Counted from the first letter of the stretch, positions 1 through 13,284 are shown. The stretch is 64,000 bases of DNA from Tubiluchus corallicola (GCA_030141605.1 JAQGDQ010000020.1:806001-870000), one strand, 5' to 3'. Notes: generated from the sequence alone by a model not told the origin. A program made the numbers and translations.

Positions 1-425
1 AGTTTAACATCAAAATTTTTATTCAGCAAAGTTCAGCAAACTGCATGCTAAAAAACTAGAATTCAACAGTAAAGTACTTTAATTTTGAACAGGTGTGGCA
101 AAAAATTGAACTGAACCGTCAATGGTGCCATAGCCACAGGTTCTGGTGAGTGTAGGTGTCTCAATGAAATAAACAGCATAGGAAGTAAGTAGATCAAACT
201 CTCACATACAGTTCTTTCAGCAGCCACCCATCCATTTCGGTCTTGGTTCAATCCTACTTAACCAAGCAAAAGTATAGTTCGCTACGATAGCTCATCAATC
301 CACTCAAAAGGAGGATAAAACAGCAAGTTTCGGTTAAAGCTTTATTAGAAAATGTCACATACGAAAGTTAATTATTAATTTATTAACCATTTCCTCGCTA
401 TTGAGATAAAAATTTAATCACTCAC

Positions 426-3400
426 GTCCGAAGATGGTACAAGAATCCATGGGACCCATACCACTTGAAGGTATTTCATCTATGAAGTCACTCGTTAATC
501 GACACTCTAGCAGTGACGGGCAGTAGCTAAATGACTCGCACTGTAATCAAAATAAAAGGCATGTATTTTGTCTTTGTCTAATAAGAAAAAATTAGTTCTG
601 ATGCCTTAGAGCAACGAAATGTTAAGTCGACAATATTTTTAACGAGCTAAAAAAGAAATAATTCTAAAATAGGCAAACACTCATATCTTATCTAGTTTTT
701 AAATAATATCATTTAAGTCAAAAAATATTGTCTATCCTTTTTACATTTATACTAAAAAAGGCATTGATCACGCAATAATATTGATTTTAGAAAGTTCAAA
801 AATCGTATGATACATGCTATGAAAAATACGAATACGTATTTTCATCACTTGACACTGTTTTAACAATTCATCAGGAAAGCAGAAAATACTAACGTTTGCA
901 AAAACAGTCAATATTCAACAAACGTGAATTTATAACGAATTCCTACGAGCCATCCGGCATTTCATTAGGAGAAATGGTGGAATAGAACAGATTACAAGCT
1001 TCACTGCAAGTAAACTGCTACATTGTTTAATGTAGTTAGTATGTGTGAAAATTAGTCTGTGCGAAAACATAGTCTCACACAGAGTAATTTTAAAGTGTAC
1101 TTTTTGCGTCTTTTTTCCTGGATTAAATTAGTCTGTTTTCGAAAATATTCTGTGTGGGGCTACAGAATAAGGCAAAAGGTTGATAAAGAAACTTCACGCT
1201 CCGAGTTTGAGTCCGCTGAAGAAGATTCTGATTGAAAAGTCCGCTCTAAGGTTCAGTCGTTTAAATTTAATTGAAAATAAGCATCGCATTGGAATAAAAA
1301 AAATGTAATTGGTCTGTGTCGAAAATTAGTCTAACGCAGACTAAATTTGATAGTGCACGTTGAAAAGTGAGTTTAAAAATTACTCACACAGACGAATTAC
1401 GCTAAACAGTGTAGCAAATAGAGGAATTTGACAAAATAACATTTACGTGGATAATTTGTTCCCGCTTTTGTGTATGAATCTACATAACCGAACATGACCC
1501 TTGTTCAGATGCTCATCCATGCAATTACAAACAGACCATGCTCAACTATTGGAGACTATAGTCATGTAAACAAAGACAATTTTAAAAGCGCTGTATCATA
1601 TATACAAGTTTGTGGAAAAGCTTAAATGAATACCTTTTCATCCAGAGCATTCACGCACTCGCTTTCACAACCTTCCAGTGTCACGCCCACTATTACCCTG
1701 GAACTGGTTAGCGTCATTTCCTCGTAACCCACCACGAACTGCTCTGAAAACCAACGTTTGTTTATTAGAAGTATTTACGAAATTGTCCTGCACAATGTAC
1801 TACAACCTACAAAATTTATAAAGAATGAACCAGTCAGTTCAGAGTTAAAGTTTTATAGTTCAGGTACAGCTGTAGAGTTTAAATTTATAAAATACTGCTC
1901 ATTTTCCGTGAAGGTTGTATGTTCGATACCACCTGATCTTCAAAACGTTCGGACCTGGTAAAGCAGGAGCTGACAGAGATGGTCTTACTTCCTTGCATGT
2001 CGAGTACAAAACGTTCGAGAGCTGGAGTGCTTTTATAGTCCAGTGGAAAGCTCTAAATGTTGATGCGTGTGTTTTTCAGTTGATGCATTAAACAGCAAGT
2101 GTTCAGTAAGTTTAAACTACATCTTAAAGTTCATTAACTACTGACACAGAATTGGTGCCAAATGTTCCCGATGTAAAAATTACATTCTTAAGTGGTGGAA
2201 TTGGTTCAAGAAGCTTCCTAAAATTGCCAGTAAATTACATTAAAACCACATTCTGAGTACGGTAAAGAATTTTTGTAATGTGTTATTTTATAGATAATTT
2301 CGGCACATATAAAGTATATGAAATGCAAACTTGGGGGAAATATGCTGATTAGTAAAAACGTGCAATTCTTAGGCACCAAATTCATCACTTAAAATCTTTA
2401 AATACCTGCTTAGCAAAACTGAAGAAAAATTCTCACTAGTTTCGTAGATATGCGTCAGATGAGGTTTAAATGCCTCCCTCTTTTAGGTCATTCCTAGATT
2501 TTTTTGCACCAAGTTTGTCACCCTTTGAATTGCAGGTTCTTTGTCAGTAAGACTCAAAACAAAGATTGCAAAAAGCTTTATGGATTTACGATAGATCTGC
2601 TAAACCATTCTATAAATGACGCAGTGCCTAATCAGGTGATCCTTAAGGACTTGACTTAGATTACCTAAATGACACTTTTAACCAGAAAATGGAAACTAAG
2701 GTATCAAAATATAATTCTATAACAATAAATATAGGCCTAAATGCCTAAATAATTATTAGTTTGAAATACCTCCTCCAGTATCGACGCCAATTTCTCGTAT
2801 ATTCATTGCTCTATACATTGCCGTCTGTAAAATAAAGCAAGTATTGTTAAGTAATAACTCATTTTAACTGCGAGAAATTTTTTAACAAAGTGTGGGTAAG
2901 TTGAAAGTTTGTTTAAGTACATAGAATCCACAAATTGACTAACTTTGGAAGTGGATTTGACTAATTATATGAAAGTGCAACAACCAACCTTAAAGTCAGC
3001 TATGTAACCTATTTTGAACGTCTTTCATTGGCCTGCATTGACATGGTTATCATCAAGTGCCACAGTAATAATATTGTCAACAACAGTACTATGAAACAAA
3101 TTTAAAACACTATACCGTTACAAACAACTATAGTATCGTTGCCATCACTGACTTTGCAATTATAATCCGAATTATTTTCTATGGCTGACATTAAAGTATG
3201 TGCAACGTAAAATTTCGAACACATCTTGCGATATATAAATAAAGACAATTATATCTCGTAATTCGAAAAACTTGTGCGAATTTTCTTACCGTGCCATTTG
3301 CCAGGGTATGAATAACAAAGAAGCGATTATAAAATACTGCACTTTCCAAGGCAGTTATTGCGTACAGATTTGTCTTATGCACCCCACTTTCTATTACAGT

Positions 3401-6400
3401 TCCTAGAAAAAAATAAAAGACTAATTGATAGACGCCATTATGTTTGTTTTTGTTTTCCCTGTGTGTATAGTCTATATTTATTTGTCGCAGTACGCATTAA
3501 GTGAGTTGCAATTCAAAAGCAAGTGAATAACTCCAAAGCCCTGCGTCTATATAACAGCTCTCCAGCAAAACTTAGTTTACTCATTTTCCTAAAAAAAAAT
3601 AAATTTAATATCTAGTGGTTAAAATGTTAGGCTTGTAATACAAAGGTCACAGGTTCAGACCCCAGCCCAATAGCTAATCGTTAACTCGTCTTTTCACATA
3701 TTTTTGTTGCTTTTTTGCTAACTTTGTTGTTTAAATTTTAATACCTAAAGATTTATTTTATTAAAAAACTTACTGACTTACTGTAGTAATAATCACAAAA
3801 GACCATGGGTAAAAATGCACCGGGTGTCATATCATTAGGATGGTACTTGTACAAATAGCATGGTTTTACGGCAATATCTGATTTGCACGATCCGAAGCTC
3901 CGACACTCAAACTCTATCTCAGCATCGCATCTCGCAGCACATTCTTCTGGTGTCATCTCTTCATCGAACTCCTTGTCACCTGGCCCAGCTTTCTGTAGTT
4001 CCGTCAACACGTCATAATCCAGCAAATGGTCACCTGAAAACCCATTGTTCACAGATTAAGCTTTTGCAAACTAAAACCTACCATTTCCTTTAACAAAGCC
4101 AGACATGCATTTTGCTCATATCACATCCTACAAGCTTACTAATACATGCAGTACCACGACAAAATGAAAAATTACAAGATCAAAAAATAATTCATATTTG
4201 CTAACATGTAATTATGCTGCATTTAAATCAAAGTATTTTTGAAATTTGTATTTTTAGGAAAAAACGAAGCATTTCGTTTGAGCATTATACGAGATGTGAC
4301 AAAAGCTCATGTAAGCATTGCAGAAAACTCCTACAGAAGTAAAACAAAATAGTATGGCTGTTAACAAAACACACTGTAACAAAAACCGACAAACAGCGAG
4401 TCTTCGTCTAGTCGAAATTATCTCTATGAAGTGTACTAGATAAACGTCACGTAAAATCTTTGGTTGCCTCACATTAAGACTGGTTATCCTGCATCGATGT
4501 AAGTAGTTCTTCTTTATCATATATCACTAAAAATATTCTGTACTCGACAAATCTTTATAGCTTTACTAGTGTTTTAAACAATTTCGGCCAGTATTTTTTT
4601 AACATTTTTGTAATCAGTTAATCATAAAACTTAAGTATGGTGAAATATGTTAGCATAATAATTAAAATAATGAACGTCAATAAAATTTATGTTAACCATC
4701 GGGAACATTCTCCAACAGAGTAAAAGTAACGTAGGTATTCTGTTCATCAGTAGCCAGATCCATATTAACAATTCTTCTAATCGAAACTTTTGCTGTTTTT
4801 GAAATTTCGGCTTTCAGTTCATGTCTAAAAACGCTCAGTTCTCCTGCCGGATAAACGCCTGAAATATACAGAAGATTGTGAGTAACTGCTTAGTCTTTTC
4901 CTTTACTTACTATTCAACAAAAATTCTTTTTAGACAGTAAAAATTGAATAATTTTAAATAAAAAACGAGCTACAAGAAAGTGTTTGAAAATTCTCCATCT
5001 CTGATTTCCCTTACTGACGGAAAGTACTCAACGTAAAAAAATTCTCCATATTTGAACCACCTTACTGATAGAAAGTACACAATGTTAAATGAACAAAACC
5101 ATTTTCACCATTCCGCTATTCCAAAATTTCAGCTGGATTTTCAGGTTGAATATAAAAATGTATTTGTAGCTGCATTTACTTATATTAATTAACTACCACA
5201 AGTCTTCATCTATGGCTTTTCATATCTACATATTGATGGTGACTGTGGCATTAGATCTTAATATGATATCAAGCAGAGACTACAGTACAGAGGGCCTAGC
5301 GTCAACTGCCTGGCCGTAATAAGTTTGGTAACAATAGCACCTGGAGCGATAAAAGAACTATACTCGCGCATGTCAGTGTAGTCAATAGTTAGAATTTCTC
5401 AACAGAAACTATAATTACCAAAACTTATCAAATTATCTACAAACCGTAAAAAGTTAACTCAAGACGTCTTTTGTCCTTCTCTTCATAACATATCTTTGAG
5501 TCTTCAAACTCTTTGTCATCCCAGTATTCAGAAAAACCGACGATGGTAACATAGGATGGCACGCGGAAACCAACTTCCTGTTTGATAAAAACAAACCATT
5601 ACAATAATTCTCACTGCCCTTGGACAATATATATATAGTAAAAATGTAAATAAAGTAAATAAAGTAAAAAATGATATAAGCTATAGCAAAATACTCCTAT
5701 CCAAAAAAAACTAAAGCATTCGAAGGATATAAACCTCGCAATCATGCTTCATGTTTGATTCAACACCATAAAATCTAGTAGTAGTTGCATCTTTTATATG
5801 ACAAATACGATGATTTCAAAATAAACTTATTAAAAGCATAAAATGTGTTTACCCTGTTTTCTATCCATAACTCCAGATAAACAAACACACTCTTTCCTTT
5901 AGTATTCTGTAAAAACATACAATTCTCAAAAGCTGGCAAACGTAATACGTCACACAGTTTACTTAATCTGAATTAATTTATTTAGATAGAAGCAAAATGT
6001 ACGCATTACTATGGAGTCAGTTTTCGCTGTTTGCAAAAAGCGCAATAATAATAATAATAATAATAATAAGTCGGCTTTAAATTCAACAGACAACACAAGC
6101 CAGTCATTATTATTACCCCAATTTTGCCCCAAACACCATGCGCCAAGCACGGCATGCAACAGCATTTACCATTTTTAAAGTCTGGTATTACCAGACCGCG
6201 GTTTCAAACTTTCGACCTCCCAGACGGAAAGCAGACGCGTTATCGATTACATTACACGACCGGTAAAACCAGTATTGTGTAATCTATGGATTGAGTGGAA
6301 CTCTGTGATAGCACCAGAAAAAATAGCCCTTTTTTCAGTTGGACTAAAGTGCGTATCTACCAAGTAAATTGGCGCTTATTCCAGCCTAATGTAGTAGTAA

Positions 6401-7860
6401 TTTTTACAAAGTAGAAATAGCTAATTACGTTAAAGAAATAGTATTCCCACGTTTGATTAGTAAGTACAGGTGCCCCAGTTACATTTGCGGTGTCCAAGAA
6501 GCGCAATGACCAAACATCACACAATAATCCTCTATGCATTCTCTGTAATAACACAAAAAATACGCTTTAATGAACAAATGAAAAAGATCCTGTTAACGAG
6601 CGTCGAGATGGCATTCTACAGTATATCATCACAATTAAACCCTTGATACTAACAGTGGCGCAAAAAATGTGCCGCTATTTTAATCACTATAATATAAGAG
6701 GAAAATAACGGAATCTCTTCGAAATTACTAGATTGGCGTTACAGCCGTTTGTGTGCATACGTCAAATACTTTAGGTCACTCCCGCAGATTTGTCCATAGT
6801 TGTCGAAGTTTTAAATCGACAAGTCAAAAAACTAAATGCCGAAAAGAATTTTTGTCACTATTGCGAAAAATTTACAGCAACAGCTCTATGCGTTCACTAT
6901 TTTCACTGCAAATTAGACGAAGGCATTTCTTCCAAGAACTGACACTTTTTCTCACTTGTTTAACGGGTATTTGGTGCCAACCCTCAACAATTTTTGCCTT
7001 TAGTTCCTTTGACTCAAACGGTTCTGTGCATTCCCGGCTATTGTACACTTTCTCTTTAAAGGGATTCCAGATACCGTAATAGAAAACCGCATGCCTTGTG
7101 TTGAAGACCATGATATAAACTGTTTCATTTTTTTATTGTTGTTTTGCCTATTGTATTATTGAGTGTTTTGTACGTGAACCTGGCTGTTTTTCAGTTGATG
7201 AATATAACTGACATTGTCCCGGAATTTAAGTTATTAACATCCAAAAAAAATTTCGGTCATAGCTAAAAAAACGGCTAAAGCTATAAACTTGTAATTTTCG
7301 CAGCTAAAAGCTAATGTACTGTAGTATCATCTTTGAACTTTCAACTTTGCAGGTCACTCATTTTCTAGTCTAAACTTCAGCATATTTTTCTGCGCCGCCA
7401 GTTGTTATATCAGAAACACGTTCTTTTCACAAAAAGTAATGCTATTTTAACTTATTAAAAATAGAAACTTTTCAGCATGTTTAGTACTCTATTTTCTCTC
7501 TTATAGTTTGTTTGAGAAAGTATTCATAGTGTTGTATACAGCAGTTAACTAGCTACAAAGATACACAACTACCTACTTTTACAGCCAATGGCTTTATCAT
7601 ACAACCGTACTTTGATTAAACCGATATGATGTTACTTTTTAATCAAATGATTCATTGATAGCTGCAGCTTGCCTGTCCAACGTAATAGTGTTCGCCTCTG
7701 TCAAAGCCAAATAATTCCATTGGATCTTTCATCCATGTGACAGTTGTGGTTTTATTCCCAGCTACGGAAGTGTTAGTATTTGCTTCCCACCATGAAGCCG
7801 CTTCTGATAATGGTAAGACATTGCAGATCTCCTTTATGTAATCAAATTCAAAAGCGATGC
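426..7860 (-). CDS. Multi-exon gene (partial): extracellular protein with ependymin/LolA-like region followed by two PAN/Apple domains
   Basis: Exons reconstructed with matching phases and no stops: 7860-7673, 6542-6429, 5906-5853, 5577-5445, 4858-4697, 4033-3782, 3402-3290, 2824-2770, 2021-1989, 1743-1634, 540-426. Translation includes YYVGQ|RMHRGLLCDVW and two PAN-like Cys patterns (TPEECAARCDAEIEFECRSFGSC...CYLY...CDYY; TLEGCESECVNALDEK|CESFSYCPSLLECRL...CTIF). The gene continues past the left edge; 5' exons were not identified. The ependymin/LolA-like label is from motif memory only. Confidence 0.85.
1021..1411. mobile_element. Non-autonomous DNA transposon (MITE) with CA(C/T)TG termini and TA target duplication (CMC/EnSpm-like)
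   Basis: Left end CATTGTTTAATGTAGTTAGTATGTGTGA matches the reverse complement of the right end, CACTGTTTAGCGTAATTCGTCTGTGTGA. TA on both flanks; internal repeats of AAAATTAGTCT. Confidence 0.7.
3608..3668 (+). mobile_element. Degenerate tRNA-derived SINE head
   Basis: A-box-like TCTAGTGGTTAA and B-box-like GGTTCAGACCC at tRNA spacing; no intact cloverleaf. Confidence 0.4.
6653..7400 (-). mobile_element. Internally deleted Tc1/mariner-superfamily DNA transposon
   Basis: ORF 6872-7111 encodes a transposase C-terminus (YGIWNPFKEKVY...ELKAKIVEGWHQIP...VRKSVSSWKKCLRLI...IE). Imperfect TIRs: CAGTGGCGCAAAAAATGTGC and GCATATTTTTCTGCGCCGCCAG. Confidence 0.75.
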
Positions 7861-8414
7861 CTACATGTGAGAAATAACCAATGTTATCAATTTCAAAAGC
7901 GTCGCCTATATGTGAGGAATAACCAGTATACTGTACACTTGATGTCATGTAGCTTCTCTCCCCCCCACCCCCTCTCTTTCTCTCTCTGTCTCTCTTTGTC
8001 TCTCACTGTCACTTCTGACTGTGACCGTGACGAAGTAAAGTTGCTATCAAAGCTGTTCATATTTTGAAGTCAATTTTAACAACTTTATACCGTGTTATGT
8101 TCTATAAATTTTATACCTACGTGTGTATGAATAGTACGCGGTTTCAGTGATGTAATTTAAATTCTGTGATAATTGATCTTATTAAAGTTATCAACGAAAT
8201 AAACATTGTTATAAGAACTATATTGTGTGGATTTGGCGCGAAAACCAAACGCCGAGAATTAGTGGAGGACCTACACAAAAGGCCCTAATCGGGTCGTTAA
8301 CAATCAATGGTAATTTAAGGAAAATCAGTTCCTTGTGACAAAGACGTTCCCCTTGACATCCTCGGGCATTATAAGGCATCTATTATATCCTGATTACGCT
8401 ATACCTTCTTCAAA

Positions 8415-9590
8415 ATGAGTACCTCTAGCGTACTAGCCAGGAAAAGCTGTACTATTTGTAGACGCAGTAAGGAAATAACAAAAAGAGAAATATACTGCGA
8501 GGTGTGCGTTGGCTGTTTTCACAAGTTCTCAAATGATAACGAATCAGACTCTGAGACTGAAACTATTGGGACGCAGTCGGAGCCAAAACCCCAAGCGCCG
8601 AATGATGCTAGCAAAGCAGTCTTCCTTGATCTACTAAAAACTGAAATAATTCATTTCATTCAGGAAGAGAACGATATCAACAAGCTGACCGAAATATTAA
8701 ACCGGCTGAAAAAAATATCAGGTGATCCTGTCATGGATAAACTAAATCAGATAGAACAATCAATAGAAAAGCTGTCGGGAACAGAACGCAGACCTTCCGG
8801 CCTTACTTCCTATAGCAATGCTGTGAAAAAAGACATGCAAACGTCTGTTACTTCTCGAAATCGTCAGTTACCAAATACACAAAATCCCATTGTTCAATAT
8901 GATCCAGCTAGAACAGTTATAATAGAAAATGTTAAAGACAAAAAACTTGTAGAGACCAGCGCATCAATTAAAACAAATCTGTGTAAGTATTTTCCACGTG
9001 TAAGATTTGAAATAGCCTACAGAACTGCTCGAGGAAACATACAAATTCAGTTAAAAGATTCTGAAACTGCCGATGAAATAATAAGCTCATGGAACCCAAC
9101 TTATATGGGTACCGACACGAAAGTCAGAAAACCAAATAAGTACTCTATTGGAGTGATCAAAGACTGTGACCCGGAATTGACTGAAGACGAAATAAAGGCG
9201 GCAATTGAACAGAAGTTCCCAGTAATCGAAGTAGAGCGATTTAAACGGAAGAACGGAGCCAATATGCCAATAGTTAAGGTGAAATTTAGCTCAGACGTTG
9301 AATTACAACGTGCAATACAGGAGGGAATTCCTATAAAACATCTTCTGTGCGAAGTAGAACAATATATCCGAAAACAAACACCTTTACGCTGTCACAAGTG
9401 TCAGTCTTTTGGACACGTTGCTAAGTGGTGCAGAAATAAAGCCAACTGTGGTAAATGCGGAAATCTGCATAAAACATCTGAATGCAACAGCAAAGAGATA
9501 AAGTGCTACAATTGCAAAAGTGAGCATGAAGCCAATTCCAAGAATTGCTCTACATACTTAGATCAGTTAAAAAGACTTAACCGTATCTAA
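8415..9590 (+). CDS. LINE ORF1 (gag-like nucleic-acid-binding protein, 391 aa)
   Basis: C-terminal CHKCQSFGHVAKWC, CGKCGNLHKTSEC and CYNCKSEHEANSKNC knuckles. The stop codon overlaps the ORF2 ATG (TAATG at 9588-9592). Confidence 0.92.
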   Translation: MSTSSVLARKSCTICRRSKEITKREIYCEVCVGCFHKFSNDNESDSETETIGTQSEPKPQAPNDASKAVFLDLLKTEIIHFIQEENDINKLTEILNRLKKISGDPVMDKLNQIEQSIEKLSGTERRPSGLTSYSNAVKKDMQTSVTSRNRQLPNTQNPIVQYDPARTVIIENVKDKKLVETSASIKTNLCKYFPRVRFEIAYRTARGNIQIQLKDSETADEIISSWNPTYMGTDTKVRKPNKYSIGVIKDCDPELTEDEIKAAIEQKFPVIEVERFKRKNGANMPIVKVKFSSDVELQRAIQEGIPIKHLLCEVEQYIRKQTPLRCHKCQSFGHVAKWCRNKANCGKCGNLHKTSECNSKEIKCYNCKSEHEANSKNCSTYLDQLKRLNRI

Positions 9591-12500
9591 TGGCTGCATC
9601 TTCTAGGTGTCTCAGTGTATGCCAAATTAATATCAATACTTTTTCTGTTCGTTCACAATATGCGTTAGACAAGTATGTAAACTCCTACTACTTTGATATT
9701 GTTACAGTACAGGAAGTGAAAGCTAAACAATACGATGATGTGACTCTAACTAATTATCAAAGTTATGTCAAAAATAAGGACCCAAATACAAGTGGATGTG
9801 CAGTATTCGTAAAAAATGGATTGATTAGTTGCAGACTACACGAATTAGAAGATAACAACACAGATACAATTTGGGTTTTAGTTAAAGGCAAAGGTTTGAA
9901 AATGATTGTAGCTTCTGTATATGTTCTGCCAAACAAAGTCGAGCACATGCAATCAATGCTAGCTTCTTTCAAAAAGGCCTGCCTATTTTCTGATCAACAA
10001 AGCCTAGACGGTGTTATGTTAACTGGAGATCTGAATAGTAGAAGTTTTATGTGGGATGTAAAAACTAACTCACATGGGCAACTATTAAATGACTTTGTTT
10101 GGTCTAGCACATATCCAGTACTGCCTGTTGCACCGTTGGTTGAAACATTTAAATCAGCCCACGGCAAAAGCATCATTGATATTGTATTGCTAACAAACAA
10201 TCTTGCGTCATTACCGGTGACACAAAGCGTTGACGACGAGGTTGAATTGTTTAGTGGAGCTCCGTTAATGGGCCACTTTCCAGTCATTACTAAGTTAGGT
10301 GCATCTTTCCATAACTATAGCACAACAGCAAAGCGTACTGTCTTCGATTTCAAAAGCAGTAATTGGCATAGCTGGTCAGGTTATTTAGAAAATAGTTTGC
10401 GCTCTAATTTTGCGCTCCTTAACGATGCTATAATGCGAGAGGACCCTATTGAGCTGTGGCAGTTGTTTCAGAAATTAATAAAAAACAGCAGTGAAGCTGT
10501 ACTACCAAAGAAAGTTATATGTAATCACTCAAAACCGTTTTGGACTCAAAACTTAAGTTTTTTGTCAAACAATGTACGAAGGTTGAGAAAAATCTATCTA
10601 AAGCATTCTAATATTCACAATAGGAACCGGTATCTTGAAGAAAAGACTAAGTTTGATGAAGAACTTCGCACAGCTGCTGATAACTGGCTTTATAAAAAGT
10701 GTGTCAACTTAAATGTTCGCAAAAGTAATGCATTCTGAAGAGATTATAAGAAAATATTTACTGGTAGAGCAAATTCAGATATCGGCATGCTAAAATATGA
10801 AGGAAACATATATAGCGAAAATCAAGATATTTGTGAGGTACTATACAAAAATTTTTTAAGTGGAGATCACGTAAACGGTGCAAATTTCGATTATTTTTGG
10901 CAGCAGCAAGTAGAGGGGGAAGTTTCTCGCTATGATTATAGAGGCATGGTGCCCCTTGCTATAAACTGTAACTTTACAATGGATGAACTAAACATTGCAA
11001 TAAAAGAAACAGTCACGCAGGGCAAAAGCACCGACTGCGATGCCTTTCATCCACTGATGGTTAAACACCTTGGCTTCTGGGCCAAGGCGGTTTTTCTATA
11101 CTTGTGTAATCTTTGTTTAAGTAAAAGCGAGTGGGTTTGGCGCGAATCCAATGTAATATTCATTAAAAAGGAAGGCAAAACAAATTATACGGATCCTGGT
11201 AGCTTTCGACCCCTGACGCTCTCATCCTATTTTGGCAAATTTGCTGAACGTTTACTGTCAAATCGATTGAGAACTTACATGTTTGAAAATGATCTGATAG
11301 ACGAAGTGCAGGAAGGTTTCATGGCAGGTCGCAATACCGGTCGCTATTTGATTCGCTTAATATCAAATATTCAAAAGCATTTACTACAAAATGATGTCTG
11401 TCTGTCTATCTGCGGTGATTTCCAGCGCGCTTTTGACAGCGTCTGGTTGGATGGTCTACTGTTTAAGCTATATGAGGCCGGCTTTAAAGGTAGAATTCTG
11501 GGTCTTATTAAGACTTTTCTATATGAAAGGAATGTGCGCATCAAGGTCAATAACTATACTTCTCAGGAATACTGTTGTAAGATAGGTCTGCCACAGGGGT
11601 CAGTCATCTCCCCGGTGCTATTTAATTTTTATGTGTCCGACATGTTTGACGAAATCTTAGCAATATCAAATACTAATAATTTTAAATATGCAGATGACGG
11701 AACAATACTTGTAGCTTGTTCTTCCGAAAATGAAACGCTTAGAACTAGTCAGCTGTGCTGTGATAAACTGTATAATTGGTGTTTTAAATGGCGGCAGATA
11801 CTAAATTGCTCGCAAGGAAAAACTGAAGTAATTCCATTTGGCCTTCATGATTTAAACGACTGCTTAAAATTTGGAACTAATGATGTTAGTTACGTGCAAA
11901 GTAGTAAAGTTTTAGGAGTTACAATCGACAGTAATTTGTCATTTGAAAATCATGTAAGTAAGGTTAGAAGACAAGCTTGGAATAGGTGGATGTCAATTAA
12001 GCGTAAGAGCATGCTGTATAAAGGCTTCAGTCTCAGTGTTATCATTGCTCTATTTAAGACTTTAGTTTTACCAATTATAATGTATGCTGCTCCAGCCTGG
12101 ATGGTAAGAAAGCACTCATTGTTTGACGATCTGTTGTATGACGTTATGAAAACTGCTACTGGTTGTCACTTTCACCCCTCAAAAGACAAACTAGAGTTAA
12201 TTTGTGGGCTACCCCCACTTGATATTATATTTAAGGGAATCACAGTAAAATTTATGCTAAAATCTCTAGCAATGTCGGATTCAGATTTAGTCAAAACTCA
12301 TATAATAGAGATTAGTCGTGATCCCACAATCGGTCATAGACATTTCCTTCGAGAATTACTGGCTTCTAGTGGTCATTATTTAAAATTATGTAAAAATTAT
12401 AATTCACGTACTATTGATTACGGTAGTATACCACTGAATATCCTTGAGTACAAAAAACAGGATATTGAGCATTTTATAACACACCTATGGAAAAATAGAT

Positions 12501-12880
12501 GCCGTACTCGCTACCAATGCCAGGAGTTGTCTATTCTTCCTGAAAATGTATTTTTAACTCCACTAGACCTTCCTTTTCATACAAATAGCAGAAGGCTAGA
12601 AAAACTATCTTGTAGTATTTTATTAGGGCAAGGTAACTTTAAAGATTTTCTTTTTAAAATTGGATACATACACGAAAATGCCTGTATATGCTCAGAGGAA
12701 GCACAAACAGTTGAACATTTGCTTTTTAATTGTACTTTGGTCGACGAAAATAAAAGATTAGCGCTTGCAAATAGCCTACAATTTCAAAACATTAGTAAAA
12801 TTTATACCTCTCGAGACAAAAACCTGCTAGTTGCTTTCTCTGAGTTAGTTTGTGATTCATTTTTACAAACTTTAGTATAA
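9590..12880 (+). pseudogene. LINE ORF2 (APE endonuclease + reverse transcriptase + C-terminal zinc finger) interrupted by one in-frame stop
   Basis: APE motifs QININ, VQE, GDLNS, IDIVL, GHFPV; RT motifs FRPLTL, QEGF, DFQRAFDSV, GLPQGSVISP, YADD, LGV; C-terminal CICSEEAQTVEHLLFNC. ORFs 9590-10738 and 10787-12880 are in the same frame, separated by TGA at 10736-10738. Confidence 0.93.
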
Positions 12881-13088
12881 ATTATTGAACTTTTATATTA
12901 TATCTGTCACTTTTATATTATACAGGTCGTTTTGTGTAAATTGTGTAAATTGGTACTATTTGATTTTAGTTGTTCTTTTATTGGTATATTGATTTATTGG
13001 TATTTAAAAGTCTTGCGAATATAACAGCTATTTTATTTACAAAGTTTTTTAACCATACCCTGCAAATAGAGGGTCCCTGTATGTATTT

Positions 13089-13187
13089 CTCTTTTTCTCT
13101 CACTCTTTCTCTCTCTCCCTCTCTCCCCATTCCTCCTCTCCTCTTTCTTTCTCTCTCTCTCTCTCGCTCTCTCTCTTTCCCCTTCCT

Positions 13188-13282
<95 letters not shown>
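13089..13282. repeat. (CT)n microsatellite
   Basis: Visible dinucleotide run at the 3' end of the LINE. Confidence 0.97.

Positions 13283-13284
<2 letters not shown>

Larger units (their letters stand above)
8004..13088 (+). mobile_element. Full-length non-LTR retrotransposon (LINE; I/Jockey-group-like, no RNase H evident)
   Basis: 5' UTR starting CACTGTCACTTCTGAC, ORF1 with three CCHC knuckles, ORF2 with APE endonuclease, RT and C-terminal zinc finger, short 3' UTR. Both flanks are CT-rich microsatellite. Confidence 0.95.
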
